Shown piece by piece: positions 42,736 through 54,104 of a stretch of DNA of 64,000 nucleotides; the stretch's first letter is position 1, and each line of letters begins with the position of its first letter. Made by a program: the position numbers and the translations under genes. The notes under the pieces were generated by a model. That model was given only the letters and a program-made list of their open reading frames with translations, searched no databases and was not told the DNA's origin. This stretch comes from Eledone cirrhosa (Eukaryota). The stretch spans positions 209,746,001 through 209,810,000 of the forward strand of contig OZ024740.1 in the NCBI GenBank assembly GCA_964016885.1, read 5' to 3'.

Positions 42736-43345
42736 CAGATCACCAGTTGGTGCTACTGGTAACATGTATCCCAGTACAACCTGTCTCATGGTCGGGTCAT
42801 TGGCGACTAAACTGGCAACCCCACCAAGGTTTCTTGGTGAGGAGAGTGGCTTTGGACATCCTGCAGGACTAAAAACAAAATCTGTCAAAAGGCAAAGGGG
42901 CTCTTAAGAGTCAATAGCCATCCAAAATCACCGGGAGAGATGACCCCTTAGCCTTTGTCAAGGCAGAATTCTAGGAGAAGGAAAACTCTGATATAACACC
43001 TGCAACCCTGATGGTATCCAATGATGTTGAATTGTTCTTCTTTTTGGTAAATATCATCTTGGTTAAGAGAGTGGGACTGGCTTTATGCAGTGCCTTTGCT
43101 CACTATAAAAGCTTCACGGCACAGCAGGCATTACTTTATATCTGGAGATCTCTCTGCACTTGTCGTCACATGATACCATGGGCCCAGCACTATGTGTCAA
43201 TAATTGTCACAAGTGTAGTGTTTGTACCAGAGTTTTCAAGTCGCTGGCTGGACTAAAAAGCCACACTTGTTCAGCGCATCGGTAGGGTTTATCCCACATG
43301 GATATAAAGTAGTGGCCATACTCGAAAACGAGTTGGCAGCCACCA
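42736..43345 (+). mobile_element. Non-autonomous bipartite RTE-derived element (copy 2, longest): 5'UTR-like region fused to the 3' terminus
   Basis: Contains CTAGGAGAAGGAAAACTCTGA, which I recall as RTE 5'UTR-like, joined to the 3' module. No RT. Flanked by (TATG)n on both sides. Confidence 0.7.
42738..42815 (+). ncRNA. Candidate, possibly degenerate, HDV-like self-cleaving ribozyme at the element 5' end
   Basis: P1 GATCA(42738-42)/TGGTC(42789-93); P2 CCAGT(42771-75)/ACTGG(42811-15); CC in loop vs GG(42794-95); short P4; J4/2 GACTAA. P3 is imperfect. Confidence 0.4.
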
Positions 43346-43374
43346 TGTATGTATGTATGTATGTATGTATGTAT

Positions 43375-43530
43375 GTGTCAATAATTGTCACAAGTGTAGT
43401 GTTTGTACCAGAGTTTTCAAGTCGCTGGCTGGACTAAAAAGTCACACTCGTTCAGCGCATCGGTAGGAGTTCTCCTATAAGGATATAAAGTAGTGGCCGT
43501 ACTCGAAAACGAGTTGGCAGCCATCACCAT
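43375..43530 (+). mobile_element. 3'-terminal fragment of the RTE-like retroposon (copy 3)
   Basis: Near-identical to 42495-42650 and followed by (TATG)n. Confidence 0.75.
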
Positions 43531-43778
43531 GTATGTATGTATGTATGTATGTATGTATGTATGTATGTATGTATGTATGTTGGTATGTATGTATGTATGT
43601 ATGTATGTATGTATGTATGTATGTATGTATGTATGTATGTATGGATGAATGGATGTATGTATGTTGGTATGTATGTTGATATGTATGTATGTATGTATGT
43701 ATGCATGTATGTTGGTATGTATGTATGTATGTATGTCGGTATGTATGTTGGTATGTATGTATGTATGTATGTATGTAT
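43530..43778. repeat. (TATG)n microsatellite
   Basis: Read directly. Confidence 0.95.
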
Positions 43779-44206
43779 GGCCATCCAAAATCACCGGGAG
43801 AGATGACCTCTTAGCCTTTGTCAAGGCAGAATTCTAGGAGAAGGAAAACTCTGATATAACACCTGCAACCCTGATGGTATCCAATGATGTTGACTTGTTC
43901 TTCTTTTTGGTAAATATCATCTTGGTTAAGAGAGTGGGATTGGCTTTGTGCACTGCCTTTGCTCACTATAAAAGCTTCACAGCACAGGCATTGCTTTATA
44001 TCTGGAGATCTCTCTGCACTTGTCGTCACATGGTACCATGGGCCCAGCACTAAGTGTCAATAATTGTCACAAGTGTAGTGTTTGTACCAGAGTTTTCAAG
44101 TCGCTGGCTGGACTAAAAAGTCACACTCGTTCAGCACATCGGTAGGGGTTCTCCTACATGGATATAAAGTAGTGGCCGAACTCGAAAACGAGTTGGCAGC
44201 CACCAT
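43779..44206 (+). mobile_element. 5'-truncated copy (copy 4) of the bipartite RTE-derived element
   Basis: Aligns by eye to 42917-43345 with scattered substitutions. Confidence 0.8.
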
Positions 44207-44279
44207 GTATGTATGTATGTATGTATGTATGTATGTATGAAAGTGTGTAAATATGTATATACACATGTACAGTGAGGTT

Positions 44280-44587
44280 AAACCACTGGGAGTGAAGGAC
44301 CCCTAGCCTTTGTCAGAGCATTCTTCTAGGAGAAGGCAACTCAAGACACTGGGATAACTCCGATATAAAACCTGCGGCTCAGTAGTTACTGATGATGTTG
44401 ATCTTTTCGTCTTTTCGGGTTATAGCTACTGTCGCTCAGAGAGTGGGATTGGCTCAGTGCACAGTATTTCCTCACTTTAAAAAATATCTTCACGCACAGG
44501 CATTGCACGATAGAATTAATTAATAATTATTAATAATGGTATATCGTGCAATGGCCATACTCGATAACGAGGGGGCAGCCATCATCA
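44280..44587 (+). mobile_element. Diverged relative (copy 5) of the bipartite RTE-derived element
   Basis: Shares gacccctagcctttgtca, ctaggagaagg, gagagtgggattggct, cacaggcattgc and terminal tggccatactcga..acgag..ggcagcc. Lacks the C2H2 segment. Confidence 0.65.
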
Positions 44588-45146
44588 AGTATATATGTAT
44601 GTATGTATGTACGTATGTACGTATGTATGTATGTATGTATGTATGTATGTATGTATACGAATGTGTGTGTATGTGTGCGTGAATGTCAGTGTGCGCGTGC
44701 GTGTGTATATATGTGTGCGTGTGTTCTGAAAATGAAAATGAGAAAGGGTGTGTGTGTGCGTGAGCTTGTGATTGTATGTGTGTTTGAGTCAATATGCGTG
44801 GTACGTGAGTGCGCGCGTGTGTGTGGGCATGTGTGCGTGTGTTCTGAAAATGAAAATGAAGAAGGTTGAGAGGAAAAGGACTCTATGATTGTGTGGTAGG
44901 GGAGTTGGAGGAGGAAATGAGAAACGTAACTAAGGAGTGTATAGTGTATCAGTACATCTCATAATCTCGTAAATTATAATATAATAGCTTCAACCAATAG
45001 CAATGTGGGGCATTGATCAAGCCCGGCTTTAAAACTTCATGTAAAATAACATTGCAAACTTACCTTTTGGTATGCGATTTCATTCAACATTTCAGCCAAT
45101 TGTTATTTTTTTTCGTTCTTATTTGAGCCTTCAATTCAATGTTTAA

Positions 45147-45488
45147 GGCGGCGAATTGACAGAGTCGTTAGAACGTCGGATAGAATGCTTTATAGTATTC
45201 ATCCCGCCTCTCAGCTCTCGCAGTTTAAATCCCGCCGAGGTCAACTTTGCCTTTCATCCTTTCGAGGTCGACAAAAAAAAAATACCAGTGTAGTACTGAG
45301 ATCGGTTTTTCCTCTATATATCTTTCTCTTTTCCTCTCTCTCATTTTCTATCTTTCCTTGGAAGAAATCTACTGTACTCAGACCTGGAGTGGAATGAGTT
45401 CCGCCAGGCTTAAAATGACCAAGAAACGCCTTATGTCAATACAGCGCCCCTACAACTATATCAGGAGTTACGGGACTATATATACATT
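45147..45488 (+). mobile_element. tRNA-derived SINE (family A) with extended 3' tail
   Basis: Head ggcggcgaattgacagag, B-box-like gtttaaatccc, central ctttgcctttcatcctttcgaggtcga..taccag. The tail is also seen at 51690-51880. Confidence 0.85.
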
Positions 45489-45498
45489 CAATATTTAA

Positions 45499-45680
45499 GG
45501 CGACAAATTTGCAGTCTTTAGAGCGTCGGATAGAATGCTTTGTGGTATTCGTTTCGGCTCTCTGCTCTCTAAGTTCAAATTCCACCGAGGTCAACTTTGC
45601 CTTTCATCCTTTCGAGGTCGATAAAAAAGTACCATTCTAGTACTGGGGGAGATTCTTCCTCTATATCTCTTTCCTACTTC
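45499..45680 (+). mobile_element. SINE family A
   Basis: gttcaaattcc B box plus the same central domain. Confidence 0.85.
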
Positions 45681-45682
45681 CA

Positions 45683-45955
45683 TTATCGGTAGAGGGTCGG
45701 ACGCCATGCTTTGACGGAAAGAGTTACGGCCCTTGCCATTCTGAGTTCAAATCCCGCCGAGGTTAACTTTGCCTTTTATCCTTACGGGGTCGATAAAATA
45801 AAGTACCAGTAATGCACTGGGATAATTGCTGGCCTTGTGCCAAAAGTAGAAACAATTATCTCACTTTCTATCCTTCTCTGGAAGAAACTTACTGTATTCA
45901 GAGCTGGAGGAGAGATGTGCTCCGCTAAGCTTAAAAATGTCATAAGAAATATCGC
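45683..45955 (+). mobile_element. SINE family A (5'-clipped)
   Basis: gagttcaaatccc plus central domain plus ggccttgtgccaaaagtagaaac. Confidence 0.85.
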
Positions 45956-46034
45956 AATAGCATTTTATCCATCGTTCAGCCAATTTTGCCAATCCTCCAT
46001 ATTAAAATAAGGATTTCTGCTTAGGGTGAAAAGA

Positions 46035-46185
46035 ACGATTAAAATTACCCTAATATTTGATTGGCACCTTATTTTATCGGAAGGATGAAAGGCAAATTTG
46101 ACAGGGGTTGAACTCAGAACGTAAAGGGCTATAAGTACCTGAAAGCATGTATTCGTTGCTCTAACGATTCTGCCAATCCACTCCC
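46035..46185 (-). mobile_element. SINE family A
   Basis: Reverse complement: aaggatgaaaggcaaa..ttgaactcagaac..tctgccaat. Confidence 0.8.
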
Positions 46186-46939
46186 CTGGGGTCACGTAAT
46201 AATAAAAATCTATAGTAAATTCCTAGGAGAGGTTATTGATATCTTTTTCGTTATGAAACCTTTACAACACACCTTTGTTTATTTCTTAAAATCACACTAT
46301 GAAGGTGGAAGCACACTTCCTACACCTTGAAGTCTTAATTAAAGAGGAAGTAATATTAGTTAAAGATTATCCAAAATTAACTGGAGCTCCATCAGACTCT
46401 GATATCTAGATATTAATATGATTACAAATGACACACATTGCCGCCAGTGGCCACCCAGTAAACCACTCTGGTGAGTGGCAAGTGTCTGCTCATAATTATG
46501 TTCGGATTAAAAGAATCACATAATAATTAGTTTCTGGAGAATCTGAGAGTGTTGTACCTGTAGTGAATTATATCGCTTAGATAATATAGGTTAGTGGTTC
46601 TTTTTATTTCAATGTCATGTATCATCGGTTCAAGAGTGACTATATTTCATCCCTGTGTCTTGTTTCACTTCATTATCCAAGGTACTTCAGATGTCATTAC
46701 AAATTGGTGGTGCCCATCCCTTAACAAACTGTTTTGCGTTTTGCGTTCAAATCCCAGCGCGGTCCACTTGGAGATTCGTTTAATCCTTTGCTTGGTTTTA
46801 CATCCTCACCTGACACTTAGATGCCTTTAGCGGCCCAGGTCTTTTGTTTGATGATGCATCCTCCCTCCAACAAATTTTGGAGGCCTTGAAAATTAAATAG
46901 CGATTGGCGTTGCTCTTATTCCTGACAAAACGGTTAGAA

Positions 46940-47376
46940 AAACTGTGAAGTGTTTACACTAATGCCGAAAAAAATTACCTTTAATTAGGAATAGAATCAA
47001 TATAATGGAAAATATATTGATGAAAAACATACATCAGAGTAACTCTCCATGTTTGCTGATTGCCATACAAATGAAAATTAGGTGAAAGAGAACATGTTGG
47101 GGCAATTCGTGGTTGGTTTTCAGATTTGCACAAAATTGCTCAACATGCAAATAACGGATAAGGCTACAAATGCCAACAAAGAAGCCATGGCTTTTTTTCT
47201 AACTTTACTGACATGTATTATTGACGAGGGAGGATACATACCACAGCAAAATTGTAATGTAAATGAGACCGGCCTCTTTTGGAAACGAATGTTATATGGA
47301 ACTTAATTTGTTTTGAGAAGAAAAAGATTTCACCAGAATTCAAGGATGCTAAAGAATGCACAGCTCTCCTATTTGG
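46940..47376 (+). pseudogene. Degraded pogo/Tigger-like (Tc1-mariner superfamily) transposase fragment
   Basis: IIDEGGYIPQQNCNVNETGLFWKRM matches the pogo pattern GY..QQ.FN.DETGLFWK.MP, followed by PEFKDAKECTALL (cf. PGFK..KDR.TLL). Confidence 0.75.
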
Positions 47377-47399
47377 TAATTGATTTAATTGGTTTTTAA

Positions 47400-47535
47400 T
47401 TTAAGCACAAGGCCAACAATTTTGGATGAAAGGGAAAGTTGATTAAATCGATCCCAGTGCATTACTGGTACTTTATTTTATCGACCCCGTAAGGATGAAA
47501 GACAAAGCTAAGCTCGACAGGATTTGAACTCAGAA
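47400..47535 (-). mobile_element. SINE family A (head missing)
   Basis: actggtactttattttatcgacccc..aaggatgaaa..gatttgaactcagaa. Confidence 0.85.
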
Positions 47536-47559
47536 TAGTAATATTGTAAGGAGTTGGAC

Positions 47560-50500
47560 AATGTTATAGAGGCAGTTGTAGAGTATAGTTAGTAGTGGTA
47601 AATGTGTGGTGGTAATGTTATAGAGGCAGTTGTAGAGTATAGTTAGTAGTGGTAATGTTATAGAGACAGTTGTAGAGTATAGTTAGTAGTGGTAAATGTG
47701 TGGTGGTAATGTTATAGAGGCAGTTGTAGAGTATAGTTAGTAGTGGTAAATGTGTGGTGGTAATGTTATAGAGGCAGTTGTAGAGTATAGTTAGTAGTGG
47801 TAAATGTGTGGTGGTAATGTTATAGAGGCAGTTGTAGAGTATAGTTAGTAGTGGTAATGTTATAGAGACAGTTGTAGAGTATAGTTAGTAGTGGTAAATG
47901 TGTGGTGGTAATGTTATAGAGGCAGTTGTAGAGTATAGTTAGTAGTGGTAAATGTGTGGTGGTAATGTTATTGAGGCAGTTGTAGAGTATAGTTAGTAGT
48001 GGTAAATGTGTGGTGGTAATGTTATAGAGGCAGTTGTAGAGTATAGTTAGTAGTGGTAAATGTGTGGTGGTAATGTTATAGAGGCAGTTGTAGAGTATAG
48101 TTAGTAGTGGTAAATGTGTGGTGGTAATGTTATAGAGGCAGTTGTAGAGTATAGTTAGTAGTGGTAAATGTGTGGTGGTAATGTTATAGAGGCAGTTGTA
48201 GAGTATAGTTAGTAGTGGTAAATGTGTGGTGGTAATGTTATAGAGGCAGTTGTAGAGTATAGTTAGTAGTGGTAAATGTGTGGTGGTAATGTTATAGAGG
48301 CAGTTGTAGAGTATAGTTAGTAGTGGTAAATGTGTGGTGGTAATGTTATAGAGGCAGTTGTAGAGTATAGTTAGTAGTGGTAAATGTGTGGTGGTAATGT
48401 TATAGAGGCAGTTGTAGAGTATAGTTAGTAGTGGTAAATGTGTGGTGGTAATGTTATAGAGGCAGTTGTAGAGTATAGTTAGTAGTGGTAAATGTGTGGT
48501 GGTAATGTTATAGAGGCAGTTGTAGAGTATAGTTAGTAGTGGTAAATGTGTGGTGGTAATGTTATAGAGGCAGTTGTAGAGTATAGTTAGTAGTGGTAAA
48601 TGTGTGGTGGTAATGTTATAGAGGCAGTTGTAGAGTATAGTTAGTAGTGGTAAATGTGTGGTGGTAATGTTATAGAGGCAGTTGTAGAGTATAGTTAGTA
48701 GTGGTAAATGTGTGGTGGTAATGTTATAGAGGCAGTTGTAGAGTATAGTTAGTAGTGGTAAATGTGTGGTGGTAATGTTATTGAGGCAGTTGTAGAGTAT
48801 AGTTAGTAGTGGTAAATGTGTGGTGGTAATGTTATAGAGGCAGTTGTAGAGTATAGTTAGTAGTGGTAAATGTGTGGTGGTAATGTTATAGAGGCAGTTG
48901 TAGAGTATAGTTAGTAGTGGTAAATGTGTGGTGGTAATGTTATAGAGGCAGTTGTAGAGTATAGTTAGTAGTGGTAAATGTGTGGTGGTAATGTTATAGA
49001 GGCAGATGTAGAGTATAGTTAGTAGTGGTAAATGTGTGGTGGTAATGTTATTGAGGCAGTTGTAGAGTATAAATGTGTGGTGGTAATGTTATAGAGGCAG
49101 TTGTAGAGTATAGTTAGTAGTGGTAAATGTGTGGTGGTAATGTTATAGAGGCAGTTGTAGAGTATAGTTAGTAGTGGTAAATGTGTGGTGGTAATGTTAT
49201 AGAGACAGTTGTAGAGTATAGTTAGTAGTGGTAAATGTGTGGTAATGTTATTGAGACAGTTGTAGAGTATAGTTAGTAGTGGTAAATGTGTGGTGGTAAT
49301 GTTATTGAGGCAGTTGTAGAGTATAGTTAGTAGTGGTAAATGTGTTGTGGTAATGTTATTGAGACAGTTGTAGAGTATAGTTAGTAGTGGTAAATGTGTG
49401 GTGGTAATGTTATAGAGGCAGTTGTAGAGTATAGTTAGTAGTGGTAAATGTGTGGTGGTAATGTTATAGAGGCAGTTGTAGAGTATAGTTAGTAGTGGTA
49501 AATGTGTGGTAATGTTATTGAGGCAGTTGTAGAGTATAGTTAGTAGTGGTAAATGTGTGGTGGTAATGTTATAGAGGCAGTTGTAGAGTATAGTTAGTAG
49601 TGGTAAATGTGTGGTAATGTTATTGAGGCAGTTGTAGAGTATAGTTAGTAGTGGTAAATGTGTGGTGGTAATGTTATAGAGGCAGTTGTAGAGTATAGTT
49701 AGTAGTGGTAAATGTGTGGTGGTAATGTTATTGAGGCAGTTGTAGAGTATAGTTAGTAGTGGTAAATGTGTGGTGGTAATGTTATAGAGGCAGTTGTAGA
49801 GTATAGTTAGTAGTGGTAAATGTGTGGTAATGTTATTGAGGCAGTTGTAGAGTATAGTTAGTAGTGGTAAATGTGTGGTGGTAATGTTATAGAGGCAGTT
49901 GTAGAGTATAGTTAGTAGTGGTAAATGTGTGGTGGTAATGTTATTGAGGCAGTTGTAGAGTATAGTTAGTAGTGGTAAATGTGTGGTGGTAATGTTATAG
50001 AGGCAGTTGTAGAGTATAGTTAGTAGTGGTAAATGTGTGGTGGTAATGTTATTGAGACAGTTGTAGAGTATAGTTAGTAGTGGTAAATGTGTGGTGGTAA
50101 TGTTATAGAGGCAGATGTGGAGTATAGTTAGTAGTTGTAAATGTGTGGTGGTAATGTTATAGAGGCAGTTGTAGAGTATAGTTAGTAGTGGTAAATGTGT
50201 GGTGGTAATGTTATAGAGACAGTTGTAGAGTATAGTTAGTAGTGGTAAATGTGTGGTGGTAATGTTATAGAGGCAGTTGTAGAGTATAGTTAGTAGTGGT
50301 AAATGTGTGGTGGTAATGTTATAGAGGCAGTTGTAGAGTATAGTTAGTAGTGGTAAATGTGTGGTGGTAATGTTATAGAGGCAGTTGTAGAGTATAGTTA
50401 GTAGTGGTAAATGTGTGGTGGTAATGTTATTGAGGCAGTTGTAGAGTAAAGTTAGTAGTGGTAAATGTGTTGTGGTAATGTTATAGAGGCAGTTGTAGAA

Positions 50501-51562
50501 TATAGTTAGTAGTTGTAAATGTGTGGTGGTAATGTTATAGAGGCAGTTGTAGAGTATAGTTAGTAGTGGTAAATGTGTGGTGGTAATGTTATTGAGGCAG
50601 TTGTAGAGTATAGTTAGTAGTGGTAAATGTGTGGTGGTAATGTTATAGAGGCAGTTGTAGAGTATAGTTAGTAGTGGTAAATGTGTGGTAATGTTATTGA
50701 GGCAGTTGTAGAGTATAGTTAGTAGTGGTAAATGTGTGGTGGTAATGTTATAGAGGCAGTTGTAGAGTATAGTTAGTAGTGGTAAATGTGTGGTGGTAAT
50801 GTTATAGAGACAGTTGTAGAGTATAGTTAGTAGTGGTAAATGTGTGGTGGTAATGTTATAGAGGCAGTTGTAGAGTATAGTTAGTAGTGGTAAATGTGTG
50901 GTAATGTTATTGAGGCAGTTGTAGAGTATAGTTAGTAGTGGTAAATGTGTGGTGGTAATGTTATAGAGGCAGTTGTAGAGTATAGTTAGTAGTGGTAAAT
51001 GTGTGGTGGTAATGTTATAGAGACAGTTGTAGAGTATAGTTAGTAGTGGTAAATGTGTGGTGGTAATGTTATAGAGGCAGTTGTAGAGTATAGTTAGTAG
51101 TGGTAAATGTGTTGTGGTAATGTTATAGAGGCAGTTGTAGAGTATAGTTAGTAGTGGTAAATGTGTGGTGGTAATGTTATAGAGGCAGATGTAGAGTATA
51201 GTTAGTAGTGGTAAATGTGTGGTGGTAATGTTATTGAGGCAGTTGTAGAGTATAGTTAGTAGTGGTAAATGTGTGGTGGTAATGTTATAGAGGCAGATGT
51301 AGAGTATAGTTAGTAGTGGTAAATGTGTTGTGGTAATGTTATAGAGACAGTTGTAGAGTATAGTTAGTAGTGGTAAATGTGTGGTGGTAATGTTATAGAG
51401 GCAGTTGTAGAGTATAGTTAGTAGTGGTAAATGTGTTGTGGTAATGTTATAGAGACAGTTGTAGAGTATAGTTAGTAGTGGTAAATGTGTGGTGGTAATG
51501 TTATAGAGGCAGTTGTAGAGTATAGTTAGTAGTGGTAAATGTGTGGTGGTGTTATTGAGGCA
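47560..51562. repeat. 54-bp minisatellite AATGTTATAGAGGCAGTTGTAGAGTATAGTTAGTAGTGGTAAATGTGTGGTGGT, about 75 copies, with 40- and 51-bp deletion variants
   Basis: Read directly. The register is identical at 48001 and 48541 (10 x 54). Confidence 0.99.
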
Positions 51563-51880
51563 GCAAATTGGTAGAAGTGTTAAAATGTCAGATAGAATAG
51601 TTTGTAGTCAGTATTTATTCTAAATCCTACCGAAGTCAATGCCTTTCATCCTTTCAAGGTTAATAAAGTTCCAGTTCAGTACTGGGACTGATTTTTCTTC
51701 TATAGCTCTCTTTCTCTTCCTCTTTATCTCTCAATCTCTTTTCTTCTATGGAAGAAATCAGTTGTGTTCAGACCTAGGGAGGGATGGCCTACACCAGAGT
51801 TGAATATAAAAAACACACTGTTGTCACTATGAGGACCCCTTGACTGCATCAGGAGTTACGGCTTCATACATACATACATT
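51559..51880 (+). mobile_element. Diverged SINE family A with extended tail ending in (CATA)n
   Basis: ggcagcaaattggtagaa head, gcctttcatcctttc domain, tail atcaggagttacgg shared with 45459-45473. Confidence 0.75.
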
Positions 51881-51921
51881 GATATTGAAGTATATTTTGA
51901 ATATTGGTTTTAGTATAGTAG

Positions 51922-52125
51922 TAATTGTTTCTACATTTGGCACATGGCCAGCAATTTGGAAAGGGGGAGTCGATTAAATCAACTGCAGTGCATTACTGGT
52001 ACTTTATTTTATCGACCCTGTAAGGATGAAAGGCAAAGCTAACCTCGACGGGATTTGAACTCAGAACGTAAAGAGCCATAACGCTAAGCATGTTGTCCGA
52101 CGCTCTGCCGAATCTGCCAATCCAT
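51922..52125 (-). mobile_element. SINE family A
   Basis: Reverse-complement head and central domain. Confidence 0.85.
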
Positions 52126-52236
52126 GCTTCAGGATATCTAAAGGGCAAGCCACTGGTTGTTTATCATTCTGAGACATGAGTGGTTATGAAAGGTTACCCT
52201 AACTCTCATTTTCTTGTTATATATCGATCAAATAAA

Positions 52237-52428
52237 TAATTGTTTCTACTTTTGGCACAAGGCCAGCAAATACCCAGTGCATTACTGGTACTTTATTTTA
52301 TCAACCCCGTAAGGATGAAAGGCAAAGTAAACCTCGGCGGGATTTGAACTCAGAATGGCAAGAGCCGTACCGTAACTCTTTGCTGCAAAGCATGGCGTCA
52401 GACCATCTACCGATACTGCCAATCCACC
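52237..52428 (-). mobile_element. SINE family A
   Basis: Reverse-complement head and central domain. Confidence 0.85.
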
Positions 52429-53221
52429 ATGATGGATCACCTGAAGTTGGATCAAGATTGGTTTATTTCATATTTCTGTTCAGCCGTCGAATAATACTAC
52501 TGGCAGAGTAAGAACCTTTAAAATAAAGCCATACATACTTCTTGTGAACAATGCTCTAGGTCACCTACCTAACCTGGATCAGCTGATATAATGTTTAAGT
52601 AATTTTTCTGCTGCCAAATCACTGTCCTTTTATTTGGCCAAATATTAACTTTTAATAAGACAAAATTGATACCGACACTTGTAACCATCTTCAAAAGAAA
52701 CAAAATATCATACTTCGCACTTGGTAACACATCGTTCCTTTTACTTGAGTACTGAAATATTGACGAAATCCAACACATGATACCCATAATGAAATACTCA
52801 GTGACCGTAAATGCTGTCAAGAACTAAGGAAAGGAACATTTGATGTTAACGATCTCATTAATTTATATGGATGAGATCTTGTTTTAAAATAAAGTAATCG
52901 TTAATCAAATACATCATGACTACGGAACTTCATCCGACTTAACAGGACTGTTTTTGTGAACGAGCGCCAGAATATTGCCTTCTAATTAATCATCTACAGA
53001 CGATTTATGCTCCACTGATATCATTATGACTCAACATCTTTGCTTAGTTTGCAGCTGAACGGATTTCATGCAGATAAGATGGGAGCTGGTGTAATGTTTC
53101 CCGTGCAGTCGTTATTAAAGTGGTGATCAAAATTTGTTCAGCCTTTGTAAAGTTTTTCTATGATCATAAGCACGCACAGATATGTATGCATGTAGGATAT
53201 TGTAATAATATACACACACAA

Positions 53222-53292
<71 letters not shown>
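53222..53292. repeat. Compound (CT)n(TA)n microsatellite
   Basis: Read directly. Confidence 0.95.
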
Positions 53293-53296
<4 letters not shown>

Positions 53297-53447
53297 CCGT
53301 CTCTCTGTCTGTCTACCTACACACACATACACACATATCGGTTGGCGAATAAGTAGAAAAAAGTTGTTTTTTCTGTGTGTATGTTACATTTAAATGGCTT
53401 AACATACATACACACATACACTGGCTCGTAGTTAGAGGCACGCATGT

Positions 53448-53554
<107 letters not shown>

Positions 53555-53681
53555 ACAGTAGGTAGGTGTGTAACAAGAGTTACAGGCGGTTTGCTAGTCA
53601 GAACACTCAAGGTCCGTCACGTGTAAGGTTTATACTTCTGTATAGCTAAGGGCAGCTGCAAGTTGTGACTGTAAATAAAAA

Positions 53682-53954
53682 TAAGCAGGAACAAAGTCTC
53701 AAGGTTGCATTATATATAAACTTTATTCACATATGACAATTGTTTCGATATAGATCAGCTCGTGGTGCAATCATGATGACCGGGACCCGACTCTACATTG
53801 ACTGCTCATCTGATATGCGGGTTTACATGTGCAGAAACCCGTACATCCGGTGAGAGGTCGATACAGAGTCGGTTCCTAGTCTTCATCATTGCAATTGTCA
53901 TATGCGAATAAAGTATATATATTTAATTCAACCTTAAGACTTTGTTCTTGCTTA
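53682..53954. repeat. Imperfect 273-bp foldback (palindromic) element containing hammerhead-like motifs
   Basis: taagcaggaacaaagtc pairs with gactttgttcttgctta; ctttattcacatatgacaattg with caattgtcatatgcgaataaag; centre cgggttt-10 nt-aaacccg. Confidence 0.9.
53728..53819 (-). ncRNA. Degenerate minimal type I hammerhead ribozyme (core CAGAUGA instead of CUGAUGA)
   Basis: Minus strand: cgcatat-CAGATGA-long stem II-GAAAC-AATT-GTC-atatgtg. 7-bp stem I and palindromic tetraloop on stem III. Confidence 0.6.
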
Positions 53955-53960
53955 CATATA

Positions 53961-54050
53961 GGTGAAGGCGCATGATTTAGTGGTTAGAGGTTGTGAGATC
54001 TATTCCCGGACCAGGCGATGCATTGTATCCTTGAGCAAGACACTTTATTT
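53961..54050 (+). mobile_element. tRNA-derived CORE-like SINE fragment (family B)
   Basis: A-box-like tagtggttag and gtatccttgagcaagacactttattt; related to 55881-56045. Confidence 0.65.
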
Positions 54051-54104
54051 AATGCGTGTGGGAGAGATAACTTAAAGTGAGACGGGAAGAGTTGAAGAGA
54101 GAGA

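Noticed and set aside
44712-44859. Direct repeat gtgtgcgtgtgttctgaaaatgaaaatga (2 copies)
   Set aside because: Local duplication in a degenerate (GT/GC) microsatellite; no element inside to make it a TSD or LTR
39660-44869. MYVC/HTYI-repeat ORFs
   Set aside because: Translations of (TATG)n/(CATA)n
47560-51562. CRISPR-like array, or coding repeat (minus frame TTTHLPLLTILYNCLYNI is open)
   Set aside because: No unique spacers or cas genes in this eukaryotic context. There is no start codon, and 40-bp variants break the frame.
52440-53130. Unique segment with weak coding-like patches (KIDTDTCN..TFDV), possibly a decayed DNA transposase
   Set aside because: Many stops and no motif I can confidently assign; needs BLASTX
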